A stretch of DNA of 64,000 nt from contig JBDRRP010000112.1 of NCBI GenBank assembly GCA_043825735.1, positions 1 to 64,000 on the forward strand, given 5' to 3'. Below the pieces are notes generated by a model. The model was not told the origin of the DNA. It did not search any database and was given only the letters and a program-made list of their open reading frames with translations. Every line of letters starts with the position of its first letter. The first letter of the stretch is position 1. The stretch comes from Pseudomonadota bacterium. Lineage in GTDB: Bacteria > Desulfobacterota > Desulfobacteria > Desulfobacterales > JBDRRP01. Shown here piece after piece: positions 18,905 through 28,837 of the stretch. The position numbers and the translations under genes are program-made.

Positions 18905-19180
18905 GGGTTGGGCGGCCTTCGGCCGGACAGCAGAGCTGCAAGGGCGATTTTGGTACGGATTGCACGGATGACGCGGATGACGGCCCTCGGCCGGGAACGG
19001 CAAGATGACAGATGACAGATGACAGAAAAACCGATAAGGTTTCCGGGACCAAAAGGAGCAAACTGATCAAACGCTCCTAACGCTCCTAACGCTCTAAACG
19101 CTCTAAACGCTCTAAACGCTCTAAACGCTCTAAACGCTCTAAACGCTCTAAACGCTCTAAACGCTCATAACGAACCCAAC
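18905..19180 (+). repeat. Modular repeat mosaic copy ending in a 12x AACGCTCTA-type array (19070-19177)
   Basis: GGCCTTCGGCC hairpin, ACGGAT triplet, GACAGAT heptamers, then the nonamer array. Confidence 0.9.
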
Positions 19181-19192
19181 GCGGAGGTACGC

Positions 19193-19429
19193 ATGGCCAG
19201 CGAATACGACGGGCACGCAGATTACCGCACGGTCACCCTTATGACCTCGGACGGCAACACCATACAGGGCAAGGTGAACATCTCTGCCTTGGAGCGTGTA
19301 TCAGAGGTGTTCACCAAGAGCACCGAGCCGTTTCTGGTGTTGGTGGATGCGGTATCCAAAGATGTTCATGGGAAGACGCTGTTCATCAACAAGGACCATA
19401 TTATCTGGGTAGAACCCGAAGATTTCTAA
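19193..19429 (+). CDS. Small conserved hypothetical protein (DUF6812-like)
   Basis: 78 aa, GGAGG RBS, FINKDHIIWVEP ending. Confidence 0.75.
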   Translation: MASEYDGHADYRTVTLMTSDGNTIQGKVNISALERVSEVFTKSTEPFLVLVDAVSKDVHGKTLFINKDHIIWVEPEDF

Positions 19430-19708
19430 CCTCCCATTTCTCCTGCAGTGGGGGCCGACTCCGGAAATCGGCTGCCTTGAATGGCACTTTTATCCGATGA
19501 CGAAGGAACGGTCAGTGCCGATTTCGTCCCCCGCCATCGGAACTACCGGTTCCCTCGGCGTCCGGGTCTCCATGTCAATTAGGGATGCGGTGTTCATTGC
19601 CTCCGGACTTCCTATCAGAGACATTTCGGTTTCAAAATCGGATACAGAAATTCTCATTTTTTTTCAGCAAAATTTAAATATAATGGCAATATCAATTAGT
19701 TACAAAAT

Positions 19709-19724
19709 TGGTACGGTTGTCGCA
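19709..19724 (+). promoter_or_regulatory. Candidate sigma-54 promoter
   Basis: TGGTAC-N5-TCGCA (GG-N10-GC) after an AT-rich tract, upstream of 19864 and dksA. Confidence 0.5.
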
Positions 19725-19863
19725 TAATGGCGGATGGCAGCGGCTGCGGCAATGGCGATCTCGTGAACCGGGCAGCGGCGCAGATCAATTGATTCTGAAG
19801 CACTGCAGATCTGCCATCGATTGTGCCGGGCCGATACATAGTTATCATGCGAGGCGTGTCAAG

Positions 19864-20118
19864 ATGCAGCCACATCCTAACGGACAGCAGACCATTCGCG
19901 GCATCATTGTGCCGACGGCATGGGACGATAACGACAACGTGAGTGCCGTAACACTTTCCGGCGTGGAAGAAGAAGATTACGTCGTGGAAAACTGGGAGCA
20001 CTTTGTTGGACTCAGCAAGGTACTCATCGATGCCACCGGCGCCGTCCACAGGGAGCCGGGAACACGCTGGCGGATTCTCATCAATCACTACGACGTCGTC
20101 GACATCTTCAAGCAGTGA
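19864..20118 (+). CDS. Hypothetical protein
   Basis: IRGIIVPTAWDDNDNVSAV..EEEDY; coding-like codon usage; lies upstream of dksA. Confidence 0.65.
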   Translation: MQPHPNGQQTIRGIIVPTAWDDNDNVSAVTLSGVEEEDYVVENWEHFVGLSKVLIDATGAVHREPGTRWRILINHYDVVDIFKQ

Positions 20119-20188
20119 CCGCTTTTGGTGAAAGACCAGCGTTACGGGCTCTGGCAGCCGTTTAACCCCCAACGAGAGAGACGCCTCT

Positions 20189-20554
20189 ATGGATTTGGAG
20201 ACACTGGCCTATTTTAAAGGCTTACTGGAGAGCCAGTTGGTGGAGTTGTCCCGTAGCGCGCATTCGACGGTGCACCAGCTCATCGACACGGCAGATGACC
20301 GGGCCGTTGAATTCCTCGATCTGGCCGCGGCCGAAACGCAGCAGGGATACACCATGCGGATCAGGGATCGGGAAAGCCGTCTCATGAGAAAAATCCAGCA
20401 AGCGCTGGATTGCATCGCAGACCACTCTTACGGCATCTGTGAAGGCTGTGGCGAGGACATCGGCCTCCGCCGTCTCCAGGCTCGGCCGGTAACCCGGTAT
20501 TGCATTGATTGCAAGACCCGGATGGAAGCCAACGAGCGCGTTTCAGGTGCTTAA
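20189..20554 (+). CDS. dksA: DksA/TraR C4 zinc-finger protein
   Basis: RIRDRESRL..KIQQAL..YGICEGCGEDI..RL.ARP...CIDCK. Confidence 0.85.
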   Translation: MDLETLAYFKGLLESQLVELSRSAHSTVHQLIDTADDRAVEFLDLAAAETQQGYTMRIRDRESRLMRKIQQALDCIADHSYGICEGCGEDIGLRRLQARPVTRYCIDCKTRMEANERVSGA

Positions 20555-20864
20555 ACGGTTTCTGGCGGCACCACATCAGAAAGGTTCAGAAGATCCTCGA
20601 AGCGCCTGCCTTCCCATATCACGTCATCTCTTGCCTCTCAGTCGTTTCAACACGCGTGATGAGCCCCCGGTATAGGTCCATCTCAGCCGGCAGGAAGCCA
20701 CCCCGGCGAGCCGGCACCAGGGGGACCTGCTGATATTCCACTCCCAGCCGCGATACTTGGCCGATCCGGACAGCCGTTGACGATCAGGGGCATTTGTACT
20801 TATGGTTGGAGCCATCAACGATGGACTTCGGCGATCGGATGAGACGGTAACCGGGCGGAAAGTT

Positions 20865-21704
20865 ATGAAAACCATGGGGCGTAGACAATTTGCCACGCTG
20901 ATGATGCGCCTGGGCGCGGTGGCGGCAGTGGGTTATCCATTCATCGTCGAACCCCACTGGCCCACCGTAGAGCGGGTTGACATCCCCATTGCATCACTGC
21001 CGCGACGGCTGGACGGGATACGTATCGGGCTGGCAGCCGACTTTCACCGGAGCCGATTTGTCACCACCGGATTTATCGCCAACGCGCGTGCCATGCTTCA
21101 GGCCGAAGCGACGGATGTCATCATCCTGGCCGGCGATTTTATCGAGGGGGCCGAAAGCTTTATGGCATCCTGTGCCGCTGCCCTTGACGGCCTGTCCGCG
21201 CCGCTGGGCGTATTTGCCATCCTTGGCAATCACGACTGCATGATCCGACGCTCCGTGGTCCACAAAGCGCTGCGCCGGCGGCACATCCGTTTGCTGGTGA
21301 ACGAGCATGTGCCCCTGGTCTGGAACGGTGGAAGGTGCCACCTGGTCGGGATGGATGATGTCCTTTTCGGCAGTCCCGCCAGCATGGCGGTTTTCAAAGA
21401 CCTGCCCCGGGATGAACCGGCCATTGTCGCCGTCCATGAACCCGACATTGCCGAGCAGGTGGCCGCCGGTTCATACTGGCTGCCGCTGCAAGTGTCCGGG
21501 CATTCCCATGGCGGCCAGGTCAAGTTGCCCCTTTTGGGCCCCCTCATCCTTCCGCCATACGGCCGCAATTACCCGGAAGGCCTGAGACGCGTCGGCAACG
21601 GTGAACGTTGGATCTACACATCCAGGGGGGTTGGATCGGCCGTTTTCCCCATTCGTTTCAACTGCCGGCCGGAAATCACCGTTCTGCGCCTGGTGGCCGT
21701 CTGA
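20865..21704 (+). CDS. Metallophosphoesterase (YkuE-like)
   Basis: ADFH, AGDF, GNHD, HEPD and GHSHGGQ motifs. Confidence 0.9.
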   Translation: MKTMGRRQFATLMMRLGAVAAVGYPFIVEPHWPTVERVDIPIASLPRRLDGIRIGLAADFHRSRFVTTGFIANARAMLQAEATDVIILAGDFIEGAESFMASCAAALDGLSAPLGVFAILGNHDCMIRRSVVHKALRRRHIRLLVNEHVPLVWNGGRCHLVGMDDVLFGSPASMAVFKDLPRDEPAIVAVHEPDIAEQVAAGSYWLPLQVSGHSHGGQVKLPLLGPLILPPYGRNYPEGLRRVGNGERWIYTSRGVGSAVFPIRFNCRPEITVLRLVAV

Positions 21705-21712
21705 GGACGCCG

Positions 21713-24700
21713 TCATTTTTCTTTGACGGGCGAGGGCGGTGCGGCGCCGGGCCCCGAATCGGGGATTATGGGCTGGATGATGTCCACTGGCAGACGGATG
21801 ATGTCTTTCAGAATGCGCACCGCGCTCTGGCCCACCGCATCGGGGGACAGGGGAAAATACCTGGGATTTTTCATGGTGCCTGATATTTTGACCGGTATCG
21901 AGATGAGGTCCCCGTTGAGGATGCGCCCGATGAAAGGGATCTTCGATGCTACCGACACGATGGATTTCAGGGGCACCACGAAGACCGTGACGTCTATCGC
22001 CTGGTCTTGGATGCCAACGTTGCCCTGGAAAGCCAGTTGCATCATGGGCCCTTTTATGACGCCCTTTTCAAGCCTGACGACGCCATTGTCGATCAGGATG
22101 TCTGCGGCCATGGTGTCATAGGCCAGTCCCTGATTTTTTTGTTTTCCCATCGTCGCATCCAGCAGCCCCGGTAGATTCAGTAGGGAAAAAATATCCTGCA
22201 GCGTTTGGGCATGATAAATCCGACCCGATGAGGTCTGAAGGTGGATATCGCCGGCAAGAATCTGCGAGATGTTGCCCAGGGGACCGTCTGCTGAGATCGT
22301 GCCGCTGAGGTCGAAGGCGCCGGTCAGATCCACCGGGCGCTCGTGCAGGCAGTTGAGGGTAGCGTTCAGGTTCTGGTTCATGGCACTGAGGGTAAAGGCC
22401 GCGGAGATGGCGTCTTTCGACAGCGTGACCCGGCCCGGGTGGGAGATGCCGCAGATATCGGCCCTGGAGAACACCATTTTGATTGTCCCGGGGGTGATGG
22501 TGGCAACGGCCTGCACCGGTGCCCATTTAAGGCGCCCGCTGGAAACCTCGCCAATGGAGAGATTCAGCGTTGCGTTGACCCTGCGCGCGGGTTTCTGCTG
22601 GCCATCGATCGGCTGGGCAGCCGGAGTCTTGCCCCTGAATGCATCCGTGGCTGCGATCCACCGAGGGATATCCACATGATCGGCGGTCGCAGCCAGGGAC
22701 ATTTCCAGCGTGTCGGCGCCGATGCTGGCGCGTCCGCTGGCTTTTAAGCGGGTGGTCAACAGGGCCATGTCAATGGGGTCGATGATCACCTGACGGCCTT
22801 CTGTGCGGACATCCAGCTGATGCACCTGAAGCGGGGCGCCCATCCAGTCGGGAAGATGCACTCCCGACCCTTTGAGATGACCGTCCATTTCAATGCCGGC
22901 AGGGTTTTCCAGTGGAAGCCTCAGGGTGGCCGTTCCTTCCAGGGAGCCCACCAGAAAGGGGTTGTCAGCCAGCAATCGGTCTACGGTGCTGTGGTTCAGG
23001 TGCCCGGTGAAACCCGCGTCGATTTGCATTTTGTGATACCGAAAACTGAATCGGCAGTCGGAGGACGGATCCAGGACGCGCAGGGACCGGATGTTCACAT
23101 CCTCCTGGGCAAGGGCGGCATCGATGGATATGCGAGGGCCGTTGCCCATGCTCAGATCACCGGTGACCGTCACATGCTGGGACCTTTGCCATCCAACGCG
23201 CAGATTGGTGACATTCAGCGGCGGGTTGATGATCAGCTGGGGGGGCAGCCGGCCCCCCTCGGCAAGGTGTCGAAACACGGTGTCACCGACGCTGCCGTTC
23301 ACACGGAAATCCACGCGCTCCAAGCCGTGGGTGTCCGTGTTCAGGTCACCGGAAAACGCCAGGTGGGCATCAGCCATGCGCAGATCGGCCTTGGCAATAG
23401 TGGCTTTGTTATGGTCGAGGCGCAACTGCCGGAAACGCAAGGTCACGGCATCTGTCAGAGCGCCGCCGGAGAGTGTCAGGGCATCCGTGCTGACAGCAAG
23501 GGATTTGAGCCCGTCTCGAGGGTGATCGAAGGCGCCTTTCCAGTCGAGGCCTTCTAAGCGTACGGTTCCCGCCGCCGCCCCGATAACCCCATGAAACGAT
23601 GCCAATTTGGGCATCTGTACCAACCATGAGTAGATGTCAGCACTATCCAGGGTGATGCGATCGGCGCGGATCTCCGCCACCGGATCGGAAAACGGGATTT
23701 TCATCGACACGCCGTTGGCCAAAGCGCTTCCCATGGTGGCCGATGCGTCGATGACAGTGAGCGATTTCTCGGAGACCATCAGTTTTCCGGAAGAAATATG
23801 AACGGAATGGGGGAGTCCGTCGATGCTGGCGTCGCCTGTAATACTGGACACGTCCACGAGCACATGCAGGTAGCTGAGCCGTTCGCCTAATGTGAGGGTG
23901 CCGGCAGCGTGGCCGTTCAAAGCGGTCACCTGTTTGAGCCACTGCCGATTTTTTTCTTCAAGGATACGGGTGAGCACGGGCGGCAGATCGGGCAGATTGA
24001 CGGCCACGGCCACGGCCAGCGTAAACACGTCATTGCCGTCGGTGAGCCCGAGTTGAAGCTTTCCGTTGACGCCGCGGCTACTGCCGGTTCGGGCCGAGGC
24101 CTCCTCGCAATACAGAACGCCGCTGCGAATCAGAAATCGGCCGGCGGCTTCTTCCAACGCAAGGTCAATGCCTGGGATCTGGATGGCGGCTGCATCGGCC
24201 CGGCCTGAAATGGTCATCTTTTCAAAGGACCCGAGGTCGTTCGGGGTGTCTCCCGCCACCGTGAATGTGACATCGCTCGCGCGTCCGCCCTGCACGATAC
24301 CCAGGACCGTTTTCACTATCGGGTGGCGCCCCATCGCGGCATTCAAAGTGCTCCGGACGCTGCCGAGATCCACCATGTCGGCGGTGGCCGTAATCTGGTG
24401 CCGCGGTTTTCCGGCAGCCGGTTTTTTTTCGGTGGTGATGCTGGCCCTGGCGTCGATCTTCGGGCGTGCCAGCTTGACAGTGGTCAAATGGATGGTGCGG
24501 GTGTCGGGCCCGTCGATATAATCGGCCGCGATACGGATATCCCCTAACGAGAGAACCCCGTCAGGGATCGGCACGTCGATCGCGGGCAGCTCCAGTGTTG
24601 CCGTGGCGGTGGCGATGCGGGTGTCGCGGCCTTCAAAACGCAGGCGCAGCGATGCGGCCGTTTCACCGGTGCTCACTTGCGGGATGGCCGGAAACATGTC

Positions 24701-25384
24701 GGCGACCGCGGCCAGGTTCACCCCGTTGAGCTGGACATCGCCGCTGACATCGAGCGTGTCGATATCCAGACGCACCTCTGCCTGCAGGCGCTTCCAGACT
24801 GCCGAGCCGCATCCGATAACCAGCCGGCCATCGGGAACCGACAACCGGGCCTGGAGGTTTTCCAGCCTTATTTCGGGAAACGTGCTGCCGGCGATGGTGA
24901 GCCGGCCGTCGTATACCGCGATCTCCAGATCCGGCAACTTGCTGGCCAAGGCGGCAACGGCGCCTGAGACCGCCGCTGATATGTCCGATTGCGCCGTACC
25001 TCGAGGGGCGCCGGTCGGAGTCTGCGGCAGTGTCAGATAGATTTCAGGGGTATCCAGGCGGACGGCGCCGATGGGCACACCGCCGGTGAGCAGCCCCTTG
25101 AGCGAAGGGTAGGCGGAGACTTCGCGAACGGTTGCGCCGATCTTGCCGGGAATATAGGCTCTGACGCCTTCCAGGGTGACATGGGGCGTGAAAAACAGCG
25201 ACAGCCGGACGGCCGAAAAATGAAAGGGACCGCCCATGTGCTGGGTGGCCAGCGCGCTGATCTGCCGGATGGTGGCCGGTCGGTTCAACACGGCTTCGGC
25301 AAGGAACAGGGCCGATGTTATCAGCATTGCAAGGGCCAGGGCTCCCCCGATGCCCCAGTAAAGTCGGCGTCTATTGAGCGTCAT
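21713..25384 (-). CDS. AsmA-like (YhdP/TamB-type) large envelope protein
   Basis: 1223 aa, N-terminal TM anchor, beta-rich body, AsmA-like C-terminus (SKIPFIGRIL..PVKISGTMKNP). Confidence 0.8.
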   Translation of the reverse strand: MTLNRRRLYWGIGGALALAMLITSALFLAEAVLNRPATIRQISALATQHMGGPFHFSAVRLSLFFTPHVTLEGVRAYIPGKIGATVREVSAYPSLKGLLTGGVPIGAVRLDTPEIYLTLPQTPTGAPRGTAQSDISAAVSGAVAALASKLPDLEIAVYDGRLTIAGSTFPEIRLENLQARLSVPDGRLVIGCGSAVWKRLQAEVRLDIDTLDVSGDVQLNGVNLAAVADMFPAIPQVSTGETAASLRLRFEGRDTRIATATATLELPAIDVPIPDGVLSLGDIRIAADYIDGPDTRTIHLTTVKLARPKIDARASITTEKKPAAGKPRHQITATADMVDLGSVRSTLNAAMGRHPIVKTVLGIVQGGRASDVTFTVAGDTPNDLGSFEKMTISGRADAAAIQIPGIDLALEEAAGRFLIRSGVLYCEEASARTGSSRGVNGKLQLGLTDGNDVFTLAVAVAVNLPDLPPVLTRILEEKNRQWLKQVTALNGHAAGTLTLGERLSYLHVLVDVSSITGDASIDGLPHSVHISSGKLMVSEKSLTVIDASATMGSALANGVSMKIPFSDPVAEIRADRITLDSADIYSWLVQMPKLASFHGVIGAAAGTVRLEGLDWKGAFDHPRDGLKSLAVSTDALTLSGGALTDAVTLRFRQLRLDHNKATIAKADLRMADAHLAFSGDLNTDTHGLERVDFRVNGSVGDTVFRHLAEGGRLPPQLIINPPLNVTNLRVGWQRSQHVTVTGDLSMGNGPRISIDAALAQEDVNIRSLRVLDPSSDCRFSFRYHKMQIDAGFTGHLNHSTVDRLLADNPFLVGSLEGTATLRLPLENPAGIEMDGHLKGSGVHLPDWMGAPLQVHQLDVRTEGRQVIIDPIDMALLTTRLKASGRASIGADTLEMSLAATADHVDIPRWIAATDAFRGKTPAAQPIDGQQKPARRVNATLNLSIGEVSSGRLKWAPVQAVATITPGTIKMVFSRADICGISHPGRVTLSKDAISAAFTLSAMNQNLNATLNCLHERPVDLTGAFDLSGTISADGPLGNISQILAGDIHLQTSSGRIYHAQTLQDIFSLLNLPGLLDATMGKQKNQGLAYDTMAADILIDNGVVRLEKGVIKGPMMQLAFQGNVGIQDQAIDVTVFVVPLKSIVSVASKIPFIGRILNGDLISIPVKISGTMKNPRYFPLSPDAVGQSAVRILKDIIRLPVDIIQPIIPDSGPGAAPPSPVKEK

Positions 25385-25904
25385 GGGCGGTAATGGTCAC
25401 TGACAGGGTGACCGGGACTGCGGTGTCGTTTCGGATGAGTGTCAGGCGGATGCTGTTTTTGCCGGCCGGCAACTGCCCGGCGCTGAACGAGGGCTCTTGC
25501 CGGGTGCTCTGTTTCAGGGGGGTGATGGCGATCAGCTGCAAAGGGGCGAGCACCCGCGATAAGTTCTCGCCCGGGGCAACCGTGTCCGTCGGTATCGATT
25601 TTTCTTTGATGGCTTTTGCGCTGAGGCCTTTGAACCACAGGCCGCCGGCGGGCTTGTCGTTGAACAGGTAACCGGAGGCGTTCCAGTCGACTGACACAGC
25701 GCTCGGGCCGGTATTGGTGATCGAAAGCCGGAACGCGGTAAAAAACGGCGAGTCCTGTCTCAGGGGTTCCATCACGATGTCGGTGTCGACCCCGCTGGCG
25801 CTCACACGCTCCGGAGCGGCACGCCAGGTCAGGGGCTTGCCTGCGCAACCGGCGGCGACAACGATCATGACAATCACAGCGGTACATGCAACGGATGGTT
25901 TCAT
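25371..25904 (-). CDS. Hypothetical lipoprotein
   Basis: Signal peptide with lipobox AAG-C; overlaps the start of the AsmA-like gene. Confidence 0.75.
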   Translation of the reverse strand: MKPSVACTAVIVMIVVAAGCAGKPLTWRAAPERVSASGVDTDIVMEPLRQDSPFFTAFRLSITNTGPSAVSVDWNASGYLFNDKPAGGLWFKGLSAKAIKEKSIPTDTVAPGENLSRVLAPLQLIAITPLKQSTRQEPSFSAGQLPAGKNSIRLTLIRNDTAVPVTLSVTITAHDAQ

Positions 25905-26002
25905 TTTGCGGCGCTTCTCCAGATGATTTGGCCAACGCGAGTGGAAGGCGCGCGGGATCGCGCGCTTTTTCCCAAAGGCTTCTTCAAGACGGCCGCCCTG
26001 CG

Positions 26003-26317
26003 TTATGCTTCTTGGCGGTGGTAGATCTTGTACCGTCCTGTGGCGTAATAGCGGACCGGGGTGCCCTCGTCGTCCACCACGGTGATGTTGCACAGCGTCG
26101 CACCGGGCAGTTCAGGATTGCCGGGGGCGCCTGCCTGGGCCATTTTCCAGGCGGACCGCCAAGCGGCCACTTCAGAGGCCAGCGGCGCCTCTTCTTTGCC
26201 GGGCATGGTATCGACGGTGCGGGTCTCGCCGGTCCTGGACTCGAAGATGACACGGTACCCCTTTTTCTTCCTGACCCATCCGGCATCAATGACCTTCAAC
26301 ACTTTAGCGACTTTCAC
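26003..26317 (-). CDS. Hypothetical protein
   Basis: GTG start overlaps the mscS stop (GTGA coupling). Confidence 0.7.
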   Translation of the reverse strand: MKVAKVLKVIDAGWVRKKKGYRVIFESRTGETRTVDTMPGKEEAPLASEVAAWRSAWKMAQAGAPGNPELPGATLCNITVVDDEGTPVRYYATGRYKIYHRQEA

Positions 26318-27210
26318 GCAGGCACCTCGCTTTCTTTCGGGCCGATCATATCGTAATCCTCGGGCCATGTCTGCGATTCCCAGTGCTCGTCCCCCCCAAC
26401 GCCATCAGTGCTAACGCCTTCATGGCGAAAGATGTCGAGCTTGGGATTGGCAAACTTGATGCCGGCCTGGTCGAAGGCGAATTTGGTCCTCTCGACCAGG
26501 TCGCAGCGCGTCGCCCAGAAGACTTTATTATTGACCCAGGCGCGGCCGCCGAGTTCGATGTAGCCGAGTTTGAGATTCAGTACGTAGACCACGGGACGGG
26601 GGTCCGTCACCACCCGGGGGTCGGCAATCATCAGGGCCTCCAGGGTTTGCTTGGCCTTCATGAGGTCCTGGTCGTAGCCGACGCAGACATCGATCTTGAT
26701 GCGGCGGTTTGGCGTGAACTGGTAGTTGATGACGAAATCGTTGAGGATTTTCGAATTGGGGATGAAGACGGTTTTCCCGTCAAAGGTCCGCACCCGGGTA
26801 TTGATGAACGTGGTGGCTTCCACTTTGCCCAGCCATGCGCCGGTCCTGATGGTGTTTCCCGTTTTGAACGGCAGGTTGGGGATGTAGGGCCGAAACAGCA
26901 TGATCAGCGCCACGGCGGCGAGGGTCACCACCACGAGGGAGCGGATGACTAAGCGCGTGTCCAGGCCGGCCTCCGTGGCGGCGCTCAGGAGAACGACGAG
27001 GAGCAAGATCGCTTTAACCACGTTGGTTGAGGTGGCGGCCGTTGCCGGCTTAAGTCGCGTTTTCGCCAGGAGGAGCCTTAAGCCGCGGGCGATGGCCTTC
27101 ATGAGTATCAGGCCGATGACGAGAAAAACCAGCGCCCGGACCAAATTGAATCCATATTGGTGAAGAATGGCCTGGTAGCGCTCCAGATTGGGGAACAGAT
27201 GCTGCTCCAT
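26314..27210 (-). CDS. mscS: Small-conductance mechanosensitive channel
   Basis: PFKTGNTI..GKVE..T.VRTFDGKTVFIPNSKI..RRI.IDVCVGY. Confidence 0.9.
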   Translation of the reverse strand: MEQHLFPNLERYQAILHQYGFNLVRALVFLVIGLILMKAIARGLRLLLAKTRLKPATAATSTNVVKAILLLVVLLSAATEAGLDTRLVIRSLVVVTLAAVALIMLFRPYIPNLPFKTGNTIRTGAWLGKVEATTFINTRVRTFDGKTVFIPNSKILNDFVINYQFTPNRRIKIDVCVGYDQDLMKAKQTLEALMIADPRVVTDPRPVVYVLNLKLGYIELGGRAWVNNKVFWATRCDLVERTKFAFDQAGIKFANPKLDIFRHEGVSTDGVGGDEHWESQTWPEDYDMIGPKESEVPA

Positions 27211-27320
27211 GGGAACACCTCCGGTAAATGCGTTTTAACGATCAAACAGTTTTGTTTATTGCTGTTGTAGCAGTGACAGCGGCGCCTTTCAAGCGCCGTT
27301 CGCGCCCGAAGCACCGGTTC

Positions 27321-27473
27321 TTATGTCCAGGCCTTCGTGGGCGGCGGCGGGCGCATTTCCGAAAAGGCCAGGGCCTTGGCGGCGGTGCTGAGGATGGTGG
27401 TCATCTGACCCTCGGAGACCGACATGTTCTTTGCGGCGACGCGCAGATAGTGGCTGTAACCATGAGTTGACAT
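27321..27473 (-). CDS. Possible 50-aa ORF or gene remnant (MSTHGYSHYLRVAAKNMSVSEGQ...)
   Basis: Open frame with high GC3, co-oriented in the operon; no clear RBS. Confidence 0.3.
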   Translation of the reverse strand: MSTHGYSHYLRVAAKNMSVSEGQMTTILSTAAKALAFSEMRPPPPTKAWT

Positions 27474-27544
27474 GGGGGTGAGACGCCCTGTCCGTGACGG
27501 TGAAGTGGTCCGTCCGGGACCGGCATCATCACTGCACTTGATGC

Positions 27545-28612
27545 TTAGTTAGGGATCGTGAAAGGACCGGCAACACCGGAATTTGCGACAGCGGCCTCGG
27601 CCACCGCGTTCGGGGCGCAATCGGCTGTCGATTTGCAGAGTGCACGGGACTCGAGGAAATCGACGACCTGTTGTTCGAGACGGGCGCGTTCCAGGCGGTT
27701 GATGGCCGGCAGCCCCCCCGGGCTGATGCAGTTGAGCGCCACCAGTTTGTCTGCGATGATGTCGATGGCGACGAAATAGAGGCCGTTCTTGACCAGTGTT
27801 TCCTTCAGCGCAGCGCAGATAGCGGCTTCAGCATCGGTGACCCGATGGCGGCATGGTCTGGCGCCTGCCTGGATGTTGGTGCGGAAATGGCCGTTTTGCG
27901 GCGTCCGCCGCATGGCGCCCAGGATATCGCCATTGAGAAGCAGGATTCTCACGTCGCCATCGGTTTGCACGGTGCTCATATATTCCTGGACCATAATCGG
28001 CTGGCGTTCGGGATAATCAGCGGTGGCGCGGACGTAGTAGTTGATCAGGGAATTGAGATTTTCCGGATCCTGGGCGTTGACCTTGATGACGCCTTCCCCG
28101 TTGTATCTTGCCAGCGGTTTGATGAGCATGGTGCCGCCGAAATCATCGATGATCTTTCTCAGGCGGCTGGGGTCGCGGGATACGTGGGTCTCGGGAATGA
28201 GCGTTGGAAACTTGAGGATAAACAGTTTGCTGCTGGCCATAATCTGCCCGCGGGTGCTGTTCACGATGAAGACGTCCCGCTGGACCGGTTCCAGAATTTC
28301 CATCAGAGCGTAGTGCAGGGGGGGGTTGTATCTCAGAAAGAGAACGTCCAGATCGGTGATGCTCTCAAAGATCAGCTCGTCCTTTTTCAGGCACCGGATA
28401 AGGCCGCGCCAGTATGCTTTGAGTGTCTGACCCCTGCCGACCGTGATGTTGCGCATGCGAGCCACCACGGTATTGCTGCGGATGTAGAGGTCGTGCGGCT
28501 CCAGAAAGAACACCCGGTGTCCCCGCTGGTTGCATTCATACATGAGGTGTGCGGTGGTGTCCTGCTGCGGGTCGATGCCGGCCAGAGGATCCATCAGGAA
28601 AGCGATCTGCAT
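27545..28612 (-). CDS. gshB: Glutathione synthase-like ATP-grasp ligase
   Basis: IAFLMDP..DTT, PETHVSRD, KPL, MVQEY, GDVRILLLNG, RTNI and SPGG motifs. Confidence 0.75.
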   Translation of the reverse strand: MQIAFLMDPLAGIDPQQDTTAHLMYECNQRGHRVFFLEPHDLYIRSNTVVARMRNITVGRGQTLKAYWRGLIRCLKKDELIFESITDLDVLFLRYNPPLHYALMEILEPVQRDVFIVNSTRGQIMASSKLFILKFPTLIPETHVSRDPSRLRKIIDDFGGTMLIKPLARYNGEGVIKVNAQDPENLNSLINYYVRATADYPERQPIMVQEYMSTVQTDGDVRILLLNGDILGAMRRTPQNGHFRTNIQAGARPCRHRVTDAEAAICAALKETLVKNGLYFVAIDIIADKLVALNCISPGGLPAINRLERARLEQQVVDFLESRALCKSTADCAPNAVAEAAVANSGVAGPFTIPN

Positions 28613-28837
28613 ATCAGCGCGCCTTTATCGGTTGTCGCCCGAGACAGAAAACCCTGCGAAATGAATCCTTATAACAGAACCATGCGGGAACCACAAACCG
28701 GACACCAGCGCTATCCGGTCGATACCGCTACTGGGGATAAAAGCGACATGGCTTACGCGAAAAGACAGACCCTGCAGGTTTTGGTGTAGCGCATGAAGTC
28801 TGCGGCATTTGAAATGAAACCGGCTTTTTCTTTGAGT

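Noticed and set aside
75..19180. CRISPR array interpretation of the hairpin-containing repeats
   Set aside because: There are no constant-length unique spacers, the intervening sequences are themselves repeated, and no cas genes are present
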